Source: Paraphysomonas bandaiensis (Eukaryota > Protista > Chrysophyceae). Taken from it: a stretch of DNA of 64,000 nt. The DNA is taken from positions 62,001-126,000 of the forward strand of contig CBFFRP010000319.1 of the NCBI GenBank assembly GCA_965644295.1, in the 5' to 3' direction. Positions 51,201 to 61,985 of this stretch are shown here, piece by piece (the first letter of the stretch is position 1; each line of letters begins with the position of its first letter). Made by a program: the position numbers and the translations under genes. The notes beneath the pieces are model-generated. The model was not told the origin of the DNA. It was given only the letters and a program-made list of their open reading frames with translations, and did not search any database.

Positions 51201-51308
51201 TGTGGCATGAGTCGGTGGTATATAAGCTGAGCATTCGGATGTCACGATTCTCACGCAACAAATACTCAAGCACAGGGTCCTCGTGATATAATTCTGCAAT
51301 GCGTTCAT
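48210..51308 (-). CDS. Secreted/surface protein: signal peptide, 14 LVIVD-type 42-aa repeats, Pro/Thr/Ser mucin-like stalk; intronless
   Basis: Repeat YDTPGxAxGVYVLDGVAYVADxxSGLHAIDVSDPSQPTLLGS; stalk made of 20-aa and ~60-aa repeats. Confidence 0.88.
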   Translation of the reverse strand: MNALQNYITRTLCLSICCVRIVTSECSAYIPPTHATYDTPGNARGVYVLDGVAYVADGSSGLHAIDVSDPSQPTLLGSYDTPGNARGVYVLDGVAYVADYGSGLHAIDVSDPSQPTLLGSYDTPGNAWGVYVLDGVAYVADYGSGLHAIDISDPSQPTLLGLYDTPGNARGVYVLDGVAYVADGISGLHAIDVSDPSQPTLLGSYDTPGYAWGVYVLDGVAYVADDSSGLHAIDVSDPSQPTLLGSYDTPGYALGVYVLDGVAYVADYVSGLHAIDVSDPSQPTLLGSYDTPGYAWGVYVLDGVAYVADDRSGLHATDISDPSQPTLLGSYDTPGYAWGVYVLDGVAYVADYGSGLHAIDVSDPSQPTLLGSYDTPGNAWGVYVLDGVAYVADYGSGLHAIDVSDPSQPTLLGSYDTPGNALGVYVLDGVAYVADGSSGLHAIDVSDPSQPTLLSSYDTPGNALGVYVLDGVAYVADSSSGLHAIDVSDPSQPTLLGSYDTPGYARGVYVLDGVAYVADGISGLHAIDVSDPSQPTLLGSYDTPGYAWGVYVLDGVAYVADDSSGLHAIDVSDPSQPTLLGSYYPPYRVIGVYVLDGVAYVADHNSGLRMITVSCFTFSPTSLPSTSKISNPTVSPTAIPNGIPSCVPTVKPSIVPSGVPSDIPSCVPTVKPSIVPSGVPSDIPSCVPTVKPSIVPSGVPSDIPSCVPTVKPSIVPSGVPSDIPSCVPTVKPSIVPSGVPSDIPSCVPTVKPSIGQTHSPTQSPTMRPIIIYSPTARPVFSFPDPTLSPTRTPSLKPTATTTCSPTQSPTLSSGQSHCPTQSPTTRPVIIYSPTARPVFSFPDPTLSPTRTPSLKPTAAPTRSPTQSPTLPPGQPHSSPTESPTTRPVIIYSPTARPVFSFPDPTLSPTRTPSLKPTAAPTRSPTQSPTLPPGQTHTPTESPTTRPVIIYSPTARPVFSFPDPTLSPTRTPSLKPTAAPTCSPTQSPTLPPGQTHLSPTSLKPTAALTRVPVLSSPTKRPVFQFFLKPNQID
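48290..49045. repeat. ~180-bp coding tandem repeat (4+ copies)
   Basis: PTTRPVIIYSPTARPVFSFPDPTLSPTRTPSLKPT unit repeated. Confidence 0.9.
49047..49383. repeat. 60-bp perfect coding tandem repeat (~5.5 copies)
   Basis: Lines 49081-49380 are identical; encodes PSCVPTVKPSIVPSGVPSDI. Confidence 0.95.
49470..51200. repeat. 126-bp coding tandem repeat (13 near-identical copies + 1 divergent)
   Basis: Directly visible period of 126 bp. Confidence 0.95.
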
Positions 51309-51859
51309 ATTCTAATCCATTGAGTAACGCTTCCTTACTGAAGCCATCCATAATATACTTGACAACACAAGCGTATTCCACTGCTTTACTCAGGGCGGTT
51401 CATTCTACTTACGACCGATCTAAACCATGTCAACCATGTCCTTATGGATATGCAGTTTGTCAATTCAGTTTGTATTCATATCTACAAAATAGCGTATTTT
51501 GTCACTCCATATCTCTACTATATACAGGTACTACGTACTCGTCTTTGCTTACATATAGACAGGTACGATCATCAGCATATATAAGTACAAACATCTCCGC
51601 TAGATAAGTACAAACATACAACAATAATCAATACAAGTACAGTATAATCAAGTCATAATATCCATGAAGCATATACGAGATTTAAACTATGCTACTTCAT
51701 ATTAATAATCAATGTGTCAATAAAAGCATGTTGTAGGTTGGATTGAAATCCTCATAGTGTGATCTTGATGATCGTTACCTGTCTATTAACTATCATATAG
51801 TCTTATATAGTACATAGAACTATACACATACACGCATATATATATACACGCCATTAAAA

Positions 51860-54800
51860 ATGAATTTCTTTTCAGTTAGTAATATCAGTAATGCTCTACA
51901 GGCGGTGGGGAATGTCATAGCTCCACTGCCTGAGGGTTATGAGGATGAGGATGCAGATATTATGGGGATGGTCTCTGAATTAACTGTTGCGAGACAGACA
52001 ACACATTCACCTTCCAGTGAGAGCACTAGAAGCTCTCATATCAATACAATTGACGTTTCGACCATGAAGAGTGATAGTAATGATGACATAGGGGATGATA
52101 CTCATGACACAGCGAGTGTGCATTACCTGATGGAACCGACATATGACGACTCTGTCGAGAACGAAAACTGTGCACATGACGAGGACGCTGGTACTGTTTC
52201 TGTAAGTGATGTAGAAGGCAGTGATAATGGCAATGAAGTTGAGTATACAATTCATGACTCTATGAATGGAGTCACCAACATTGTTAAAGATACAACATGT
52301 GCTTCAAAGACAATTATTAAATCTGAGGAAAATTCTGTCGACTTAGGATCGATGTCCTCTCCATCGAAAGATGTATCTCACGACTCTATAGATCACTCGG
52401 TTACGGAAGAAGCCAAATCACTGTATTCTTCTTCTGGTAGTGGGTACCAAGCAAACCACCTGCAAATTCAGTACGATAAGTTACTGCGCGTGTGTGAGGA
52501 GAAGTCGCACACGATATCTGATTTAGAAAGTTCATTAGAGACACAGAAGCGAAAGACTGTGTCAGCGTTTTCCGAGATTTCTTCTCTCTCAAATGATCTA
52601 CGAGAGTGTTTGCGGAACAATTCTCAGCTTCAAAGCTCGCTCGCAGAGGCTTCAGAACAGCGGGATATCCTTAAGCAGCAACTAGCGACCTCAGAAACAC
52701 GATGTGGTGAACTAATAACTGAATTAGAATTATATACGAAAAGCCAACTTGATCTAGAGCTTAAGTCTCAGTACGATGCCGTATCAAGTCGTTTACGCCA
52801 GGCCATGGGTGAGTTGGAACAATACGAAACCCAACGCCGAGAATGGGATATTGAAAAAGGTGCTTTGGAAGATCAAATAGTGGAGTTAAAGGCCAACTCA
52901 AAAAAGTTAGAGCACGATCACGCTGCTTTGAGACAGAGCTGGATTGAGGCTGCTGAGTGGGAAAATCAGTGTACATCTTTGGAATCACAACTCCATCGTG
53001 TGACGGAAGAATGCGGTAGTTGGAAGAGTCAAGCCGAAGAGTTGGAAGTGAATCTCAGGGAAGTGTATCACTTGGTAAAAGAAACTCAAGAAAAAGTAAA
53101 GACCCAGGACGCAGCCTTGAAAGCGAAAGAGTTAGAAGCTGAAGAAGAAGTCAACAAATTGCGCAATAGGTGCTATATGCTAGAGGAAGAGAAGGCTTCT
53201 ATTAAGAGTCAATTAGAAGCTGCAGAAGGCCGCATACACGAGATACTCCAAGCGGATCATAGATTGAATGAACTAAACGCTTCATATACACCTTTACAAC
53301 CGACTGAAAGTAAAGAGTGGGAAAATGTACTTGAAGCATTAAAGAGACTACTCAGTGCCGTGATAGATTTACATGACTTAGAAGATTTGGAAAGCCCACC
53401 ATCTGCTGAACCATTGCAATGGGTAGACTACATCAATGGTATATCTGAGAGCTTCTCTTGTTATGCTGCATCACGCCCGAGTCGACTTGACGATGCAAAT
53501 TCGAAGTCTAACCTCAAAGATGTTGTCGACCGAATGGTTTGCCAACATCAACAAGAAGTCATTGATCTGAGATGTAGTCATGATGATGTTGTCGCGTCGT
53601 TGCAGAGCCAATTAGAGGTAGTGAAGGCAGATGCAGCGACTACAGCTGCTGTGTATGAAGAAAATATTGCTTCTTTGCAGAACAAGGTGGAGTTACTTTC
53701 TAATGAATTGAAAAGTTTACATAAACAACATGAAATTGAGTTGAGAAGCGAAGTAGAGTCCATGGAAAAGGATATTCGAGAAAAAGATATGGAGCTTTCT
53801 CGCTTGACTTCGTTAACAAAAGATTACGAAACCGTGTGTGCCAAAATGGATAGTGTTACAGAGGAAAATAAAACCCTCAAACAAAAGCAGCTTCTATTAG
53901 AGTCACTGCCCAATCAAGCTGAAGTGGTTTCCAACCAGAAGAAACAAATTCACAAGTATGATACATATTCTTTATCTTTTCCACGTACACAGTTTTCTAG
54001 TATGACGTTATGTATGAATGAGTAATGCTTCACTTCTCCATATTCGTACTAATTGATAAACTTCAACGTAGGCTCGAAGTTGAGACTCGTCAGCTACACC
54101 AAGTTATTGCTCAGCTTCGCAATGCCCGCCGAAACAACCAAGAGACAGTGGATAGTGCCCTAGCGGATCGACAATCCCAGAGTGAGCTGTTAGAGCGCCA
54201 AAAGCAGGAGATAGTAGAGCTGAAGGATTCTTTGGAAAAGTTGCGACATTGTGATGATGAGAGGAACACTTTGAATAGTGAGGTACATATAACACACGAA
54301 AGTATTGAGAGTATATGTGGGAACGTAGATATTGCCTCAGTTTCTCCCCTTATGTGACATTTACAATGGTTTTTAGGTAGTAAGGCTCCGCGATGTACTG
54401 TCGAGTATTCGCTCAGAGTACGATAATAAGTTGATGCACTTGGAACAAATGTTAGTAGATACTCAGCAAGAACTATCCGATGCAAACCGGACAAGATATG
54501 ACGTCGAGAGTCAGTTGGAAGCCACAATCTCGGATTTTCTGATTGCGAAACAAGATTTGTCCCTCAAATCAGCGGAGTTGGAGAATTTGCACCGAGTGAT
54601 CAGTGGAATAGAAAAAGAGAAGACTGCTGCTATAAAACGAAGTGAAGAGGGGTTCGACGAACGAGTAAAGAAGCTTAAACAGGAGTGGGTAACAAGGCTC
54701 GATGAACTGAGAGAGGAACATGAGGGAAACATATGCATGATACGAAAACAACTGGTGGAAGCCAAACTGCGTATTCAGGATGAAGAACTACTGCGTCGAA

Positions 54801-55866
54801 AAATGGAGATAGATATGACAGCGGAGAAAAAGAAAATGCACAAGACCCTTGAAAATGCTCTGAGTCAGTTGCAGAATTCTCAGGAAGACTGTGTTGACAG
54901 AGTGCTTGTAAAAAATTTAATCGTCACGTACTTTCAGCAGAAGAGGTAATTAATGTCACACGTCACATTATACACTACTGGTACACATGTTTTTACATTA
55001 ATATGCATCGGTGTGCATAATTCGCTGATAATGAATGCCTAACGTACATTTCCTTCTCATCTAGGTCAATGGAAGTTCTGGAACTCATAGCAAAAGTTCT
55101 CGGGTTTACGGAATCCGACCGTGTGACGACAGGGCTTCAAGTGGCGTCGGGGTCATTATTGGGTTCACTTTTTCAGTCATTTGCTAGTCCTCTCAAGGCG
55201 GTCACTCTTCCATCCCCAAAACCTGTAGATATCGAGGTGCATTTTTTTTCATATATGTCGCTATATACATGATTGCGTTCGGCGCTCGAATATTTCGCAT
55301 CATTCCTGATACTGTTGTAGGGAGAAAATTTAGCTGAAATGTGGTTGAATTTTTTGATTCACGAAAGCGATGGAAATGCTGCGTCAGACTCACAGAAGCC
55401 TAATCCACCGACTGTGAAACCTATTCCAGGTAATTACATTGCTCACAAGTGTAGTGTTTCCGTATATACGATGGTGCAGTATGAATTATGAAACCTGTGC
55501 TGCTGTTTAATCATTTGATGGTATACAGATAAACCAACGTCACCGAGTATGAGTTCTGTTAGTTTGAGCCGTAGTGGGAGCTCGGATTCGGAGCGGTCGG
55601 CACCATTGTCGCCTCGTCGCTCATACACCAGTCTCTCCCATCACACACTGACAGGGACATCTGCTCCTCCCTCTGGGTCGCGCAGAATGACTGGCATCCG
55701 AAATGTTCCCATAGATATTAGTATACCTCCCGCGGTTTCTCCTTCCCGCAGCAATACCTCATCACCTGGTGATCCTACTGCCTTTAAGTTAGTCCCACAG
55801 TCTCCTGTCTTTTCGCCTTCCCTGGATGGGGGTAATGATGGAGCTGGCTCGCGGATTTCTAGTTAG
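51860..55866 (+). CDS. GRAB-domain golgin (GMAP-210/TRIP11/Rud3-like), multi-exon
   Basis: Long coiled coil; VDRVLVKNLIVTYF...EVLELIAKVLGF (GRAB) and ENLAEMWLNFL (GA1-like motif). Confidence 0.8.
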
Positions 55867-56457
55867 TTTAGTTGGTACATTTCAATGCTCTAAGTAGTGG
55901 ACGTACTACAGAATTGTTTACGAATGAAGTGGAGTGTCTGTTTAAGTTGTGGAGAATTAATTCTGTGTTGTGTATTACGCGTTGTTTTGAATAGCTGTTC
56001 GTAATTTCACTTGAAAGAAGTACAATGCGGTGAGTAAATTTTCTGTAGCAGTGTGCTTGGTAACGACCTCTCAAACACATTAGGGAGGTTGAAGACACCA
56101 TTTCGTACTTTCATTGAAAAATAACTGTGAACCCATCACTGCGTAAGATTAGCAAACAATGTCAACCCTATCAACCAATATTTTACAAACTAGACAGAAG
56201 TGATCTTATACTGTCAATATATTACAGATAGTGACCTAATTCATATTTTTCATTATAGTTTTAACCACGGACAATAAGGAGGCTATATCGTTCCGCGCTC
56301 AAAATTTTAAAATTCAGACAATGGATGATACTCCTTATCCCTAGGTTAAAGTGTAGTTTATCCTCATGATGTTGAAAACTGAATATTAGATTGTGCAGCT
56401 ATTTTAGTTGCCTGCTTGCTGTAATAAGAAATAACCGTTTCCTGTGATTAACATTAA

Positions 56458-56776
56458 TGTTGAGTTCTGCTATATGAGAGCAATTGAAAGCTGTAGTTGT
56501 AAGGTATTTAAATTACTGTAGTATACAGTTGTAGTCTAGTTAATCGTATTGTGAGAATGAATGACGATAAGCATATAGCGGTAAAACGGAATATAGTGAC
56601 GATGCAAGTTGTAGTGACGATGTAAGATCGTCGTACGAGAAATGAGTGGTAGTGGAGACAGCATGATATTGATGAATGATAAGAGATGTTGATTATAATT
56701 TATAATTCTCAGCATTGAGTATAAGTTACCTTCTGTTGTTAAGTTAATACTTCTCATATAATGTCAAACCTTGATA
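56458..56776 (+). mobile_element. Solo LTR (family B) with 5-bp TSD ATTAA
   Basis: TGTTGAGTTCTGCT...CTTGATA; ATTAA at 56453-56457 and 56777-56781; diverged homolog of 8393-8717. Confidence 0.8.
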
Positions 56777-57831
56777 ATTAAGAAAACAAATAAGAATTCA
56801 TATTGTTTCAAATTAAAGGTATGTATACAGTATACTGGCCGTGTATGCTTTGGTAATAACAATTGCACTATAGAGCTACTCAAACAATAACCCAAATTTA
56901 TATATATAATAGCTACAACAAATGCACTCCTACTACAGAAGGATACTGAGGGAATAGCAACTGCGAGGTGTTGAAATTCGTACATAAGTGTGAGGATGAA
57001 TGTGAACAGTTTTAGTCGCACGAAAGGCTTCTTATTGCCTTAATTTGCATCATCATTACATTTATATACAATGGGCTTAACCTCTGCTAGTGCACCTGAT
57101 TAAATGACGTGTGTATGATATGAGGCACACGATATCCCCATAAGCACAATGCGACCCAAACCCAGAAAGAACTGGATACCACTACCCGTTACCACCTATA
57201 CAGCATCAGATATGGTACTAGACTCTCCTGAAATATTCTTGAAGTTGTTTCGAAGTCCTGGCTATGAAGATAGATCGCTTGTACTGATATCATTATGATC
57301 TTCTACTGCAGTTGAAGGATGGAATACAACTTAGAGTGTTTGATGGAATACTGAAGTTGAATGTCTACATTTGACCGGTGCTGATGTGAGCGCTCTGTTA
57401 AGCCAAAATCAGGTGTAAAACGTTCTTTAGACAAAATGGGGATAAGTTCATATATTATGGTTTTAAACGACTGTATTAGTCAGATGTCAGATAAGGGTTA
57501 TAATTTAAAACCTTTAAGTTACTCGCAAATAAGCAAAGCGTAACACTGTAAAGTTTATGTTTGTTAGTATATTCTGTTGGCATATTAATGTTACTTAGAT
57601 TACTTGTCAGAATAACTGTTGTATTAATAATTTCTACAACATTTAAGTATACTACAATATTTTAGTATAATATGTCATATTTTAACATTTATATTATTAT
57701 ATTATTACAAAATATCAGCTTCATGACTTACTTATAATAGACTGCTACGGAAATGTAAATATAGCACAAGTCCTAATTGATATCACAATGCTGAACACTC
57801 TACTATCATATTACTCCCTAGGACAATGTGT

Positions 57832-58605
57832 TCACGCCCGTTTTCGGGAACTGACTTCAGCCTCGACTGCTTGATACCACTTCTGTAAGCCATTGACTTC
57901 TTTCATTGCATATTCGAAAGTAGGAAGCTCATTGATTCCTCGTAAAACACCGAATACTAATAAATCAGGGACAGTAACTCGATCACCATGCAAATATGTA
58001 TTTGCACCCACTGCCTGTACCCATTCATTGAGAAGCTGACGCAACTCCTCCCTCTCGTTACCAATCCCGTACTTTTTTTTAACTTTCGTGTGCACAGCAA
58101 ACATTGCCACTGGACTTACATATCTGTTCAGTAATTTCTGTGGTAAAGACCAAGAGTCGACATTATCCACATACTGGAATGATTTAAACGACTCTCCAAA
58201 GCTCCTAGTAATATTACAATACAACACAGTAGATAGCTTCTTCTCTGTCCAATCCATCCATTGGTCAGTATCATCTGTCCATTCCACAGTCTGTCCTTCA
58301 GCTCCAGTGATAAGATCTTTAGAATCACGTACATACTGTATGATTGTCTTGGAATCAGTTAGTACATTCTCACCAATAGTTGCAACAGGAACTGATTTTG
58401 AACCTGAAAATTTAATTTGATCTTTTGAAAGTGGGTTTACTTCAATGGTTTTATAATCTATACCAGAGTAATCAAAGTATGACTTTACACGATTACAAAA
58501 TGGGCATGTAGCATATTGATAAAGTGTGATTGTAGTGGAATTATATCGTAGAATATTCCTAGAAAAAGGAATTCTTGATAAGATTCTTTGTTTATTGAAT
58601 ATCAT
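57832..58605 (-). CDS. PTGES2: Prostaglandin E synthase 2-like glutaredoxin/GST-fold protein
   Basis: LYQYATCPFCNRVK, IEVNPL, VPV, DSKTII, PDLLVFGVLR; mitochondrial-like leader. Confidence 0.88.
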   Translation of the reverse strand: MIFNKQRILSRIPFSRNILRYNSTTITLYQYATCPFCNRVKSYFDYSGIDYKTIEVNPLSKDQIKFSGSKSVPVATIGENVLTDSKTIIQYVRDSKDLITGAEGQTVEWTDDTDQWMDWTEKKLSTVLYCNITRSFGESFKSFQYVDNVDSWSLPQKLLNRYVSPVAMFAVHTKVKKKYGIGNEREELRQLLNEWVQAVGANTYLHGDRVTVPDLLVFGVLRGINELPTFEYAMKEVNGLQKWYQAVEAEVSSRKRA

Positions 58606-59119
58606 TCTATATATGGGTGTTAAGGGGGTTGTATGAGGTGTGTGTTGGTTAATAGCATCACATGGCTGTACACTACAAGCAAGTACCTCATTGAGAACAC
58701 ATATAGAAGGTATACACACTACCATACTACGGTACCATACTATCATATAGTGCTGCTGTATATGTATGTACGTATGTACAGTTCTGTGTCCAGAGTACTC
58801 CGTATGGAATACTGTGCATAATTATACTGCTGTATATCACTGTATTTTGAGTCTATTATCCACCCATCATTTCTGATGCTAAACGTGTGGTCCACAGGAG
58901 CTTCCACAGCACTCACTCGACATATCAAAACAAACTATTATCATTATTAAACCAGAGTGTCTTGTAGAAATCACACTGCAAGATATTCAAATGAAAGGCT
59001 CATGTTGGAAGAAGCATTGAACCTCAATGGCCTGAGCGTGTCATGAATCGATGATGGAAATCTCAGCAAGGTAACTGAACGATTATTTACTATATATACA
59101 ATGACACTGGCATCACATC

Positions 59120-59296
59120 CCATTGATGACTATGATTAATTTCACTTTTGACGACATCATTTGTGGGTCAATTAGACATGCATGGACTGAGGGATGGTGT
59201 TATTGTGTCTGTTATTAATAAACCCAATGATGATTATGATTAATATCACTCTGACGACACCATTTATGGGTCATTTAGACATGCATGGACTTAGGG
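59120..59296. repeat. Diverged ~75-bp direct duplication (period ~103)
   Basis: TGATGA(C/T)TATGATTAAT..CACT.TGACGACA.CATTT.TGGGTCA.TTAGACATGCATGGACT.AGGG occurs twice. Confidence 0.8.
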
Positions 59297-60761
59297 TTTA
59301 ATTGTTTGTTATTGGAAACTTTGTAATTGACGTGTTCACCTTATTAACATTTTCTTATAGTGTGAAGATACTACTGTGAGGGCATACGGCGAGTATTTCC
59401 ACTTGTAAAACTCATGGTGAGTAAACATTCTGTTCACACATTCGTTGTTTATATATCCCGATGATTAAAAACAAAATACCATACGATACACTGCATAAAA
59501 TGCATTGTACTGGGGTCATGAGATTTCTGCCTAAGGGATTTCATATGATTACTTTCAACATGCCGCTGTTGTTGGACTGTGTTTAAATTTACGTTGTTTG
59601 TAGGACCTGTGCTTCACTTGTACCTGTTGAAGGAGACGTCCCCGCCGAGTAGTCTGCCTCCATAATCGATCATTGTGAGTACTTTGATATGTGCAACACC
59701 TTTACCTGCCTATTGCAGTCTATTCTGCCACAGATGTCATCTTTTCTGTGATGATTACTTCTATTTGCCATGGACTGCAGACATTATACGATATTTTAGG
59801 AACCTAGTAGTGATATGCGTGACCTACCGAGGGCCAAAAATGTCATACATCTGCTTATACACACTATTTCTTCTTTTACAACTCAACTTATATTACTTAT
59901 CCACAGGATTAGCTGGCGGTAACTATGTGTAGCAGTCTCAGACTCTCTTCGTTATGGAGTTAGCAGCTATTTCCCACAGTAAAATCGTTATCGCATTTGG
60001 TAATGTTGGACACCTAGTTTCGCTTTCTTCTTCTTTGAATTCGATATGAATTTCTTTATTTTCTTCTCTGTGAATCTTCTCTAGTTGAATAAAGTCAATA
60101 ATTCTGTTGGTCTACAAAATTTCGTATCATATCTACCAACAAATGAATAAATAGTTGTTTTTGCACAACTATTCAGTAATAAGATCTTTATAATGTTATT
60201 GTTAAAAACGCTAGTACTCAACTGTATTCTTGTTAGAAAGTCGTAGTAGAAAAAACAAGTTCTTATAAATGTTGACTTAGTCAACACTTTTAGAATCCAA
60301 GGCTACTTTATGCATTTAGTTAGCGTACACATAATATATCTGTGGGCTTTGCTGGTTGTACAGTTTGGAATAAGAGACGGTTTTAAAGAGTTAATGATAT
60401 GCTTCGAATTAATTCAGAGAAGCCGGAAAGAGTTGACTGTAGTCTTGGTTATCTCATATCTGATAAAAAATAGAATTATTAAAAGATAATAAATGATCGG
60501 AAATGATCATCGCAATTTTAACTCCTTGATTATAGAGATAGTTCATTGTTCAGTTACTTAAGTTTAGCCACCCTAACGTCAAGCTTTTGATATCACAAAC
60601 TCATAAACGTCTTTCGTAGCTGTTTAAAGTTCAAAGAGCTCTGAGGACTAGTAGTAATCATACTAACAGTCAAATATATCCAAGATGTAGTTGAAATAGT
60701 GCTTTTTACAAGTTTTAACTGATACATGGCATAATAACAAATCAAACTAATGTGAACAAAG

Positions 60762-61373
60762 TTAGTTTTCTCTCGGTTGATCTACATTTGAAGGTGCAGC
60801 GGGTTGTGCAGCTCTCAATATCCCGGCAATGGCAAGAAAAGCTCCACCAACGCCTAATACTCCCCCTGATACAAGAAACGCACCAGTTCCAATAGCAGTA
60901 GCGGACGTCGCACTCGCTGTCGATATTGCACTGACAGCTAAGCCAGTGGTCCCTAGAATTGTCCCCACATAGCCAATATGAGTCAGCCCCCCGTACGGTA
61001 CTTGGTCACCTTGAGTAGCTAAAGTAAGGTCTCGTTTCAATGATTCAATATTAGTTCTTTCTATTTTATTATTCAATTCGCTGATTTGTAACTCAGTTTT
61101 TTTCTGAGCATTTTCCATAAATGAAATCTGGGCCTTGGCCGCATCAAACTCATGTTTTCGTCCAGCATTAAAACTTTCTTGAACAACTTTATTACCCAAT
61201 TGCCCCAGCCCTTTGAACGAATTCGACATTGTACTAAACATGAAGTCCAACGACTTTGTTGCCATAGAATATTGGGCTTTTTCTTCATCAGTTGCGTTAT
61301 TGTACCAGTGGAAGGCAGAGCCTGCTGACAATGTGCTTCCGAGAGCAACTGTTTTCAATGGGAATCGAATCAT
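60762..61373 (-). CDS. Hypothetical protein: coiled coil + Gly/Ala-rich bilobed hydrophobic C-terminus
   Basis: 203-codon intronless ORF; no family recognised. Confidence 0.65.
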   Translation of the reverse strand: MIRFPLKTVALGSTLSAGSAFHWYNNATDEEKAQYSMATKSLDFMFSTMSNSFKGLGQLGNKVVQESFNAGRKHEFDAAKAQISFMENAQKKTELQISELNNKIERTNIESLKRDLTLATQGDQVPYGGLTHIGYVGTILGTTGLAVSAISTASATSATAIGTGAFLVSGGVLGVGGAFLAIAGILRAAQPAAPSNVDQPREN

Positions 61374-61985
61374 TATTACCCTCAAGATATCCCTCAATCT
61401 AAAGCGATAGATGTCGGCTAGATAACTTACTTGTATATATATAACAATAGAATAATGTCATATACTGCTGGTTGGGTAATACGCCGACCCATATACAGCG
61501 TACTTTATACTGTATGTACTGTGTACTGCAGTATATATATACTGCTGTGTATGTTTTCATATACAAATATATGAAGGAGCGGTTTTAGCGATAGAATGGA
61601 ATATCTACATATGGTATAGATGGTATAAGTGACAAAAAAACTGACTTTTGAGGCTAAATATCCAAATTTTAAGATTACTGTACCCCTAAACCACTAGTAT
61701 ATACAACCATATATAGATTTTCGTTTAAAAAACCGTCAAGCCATATGGATGGACTGGAGAGTAGTTTATATAACCTGCCTGTGGTACTATATCTTGATTA
61801 TACGTATAATCCTATAGGTAATATTTTGGCGAGTGAGAAAGTCGTAATACCATATACATATACATACATATATATATATAATCATTTAAACTACAAGCAA
61901 ATTACAAAGTCGGATATAATTGAATAAATATACCTGGTGTTGTATATCTCTGTATGAGTATTTCCCTATAAACACTGAGGTTGAT

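Noticed and set aside
48324-51286. Long alternative-frame and antisense ORFs (577, 420, 368, 279 aa)
   Set aside because: Shadows of a stop-free tandem unit; only the 1032-aa frame has a signal peptide and a recognisable fold.
58990-59660. Possible small spliced gene (GT/AG-bounded segments)
   Set aside because: Could not assemble a convincing open frame.
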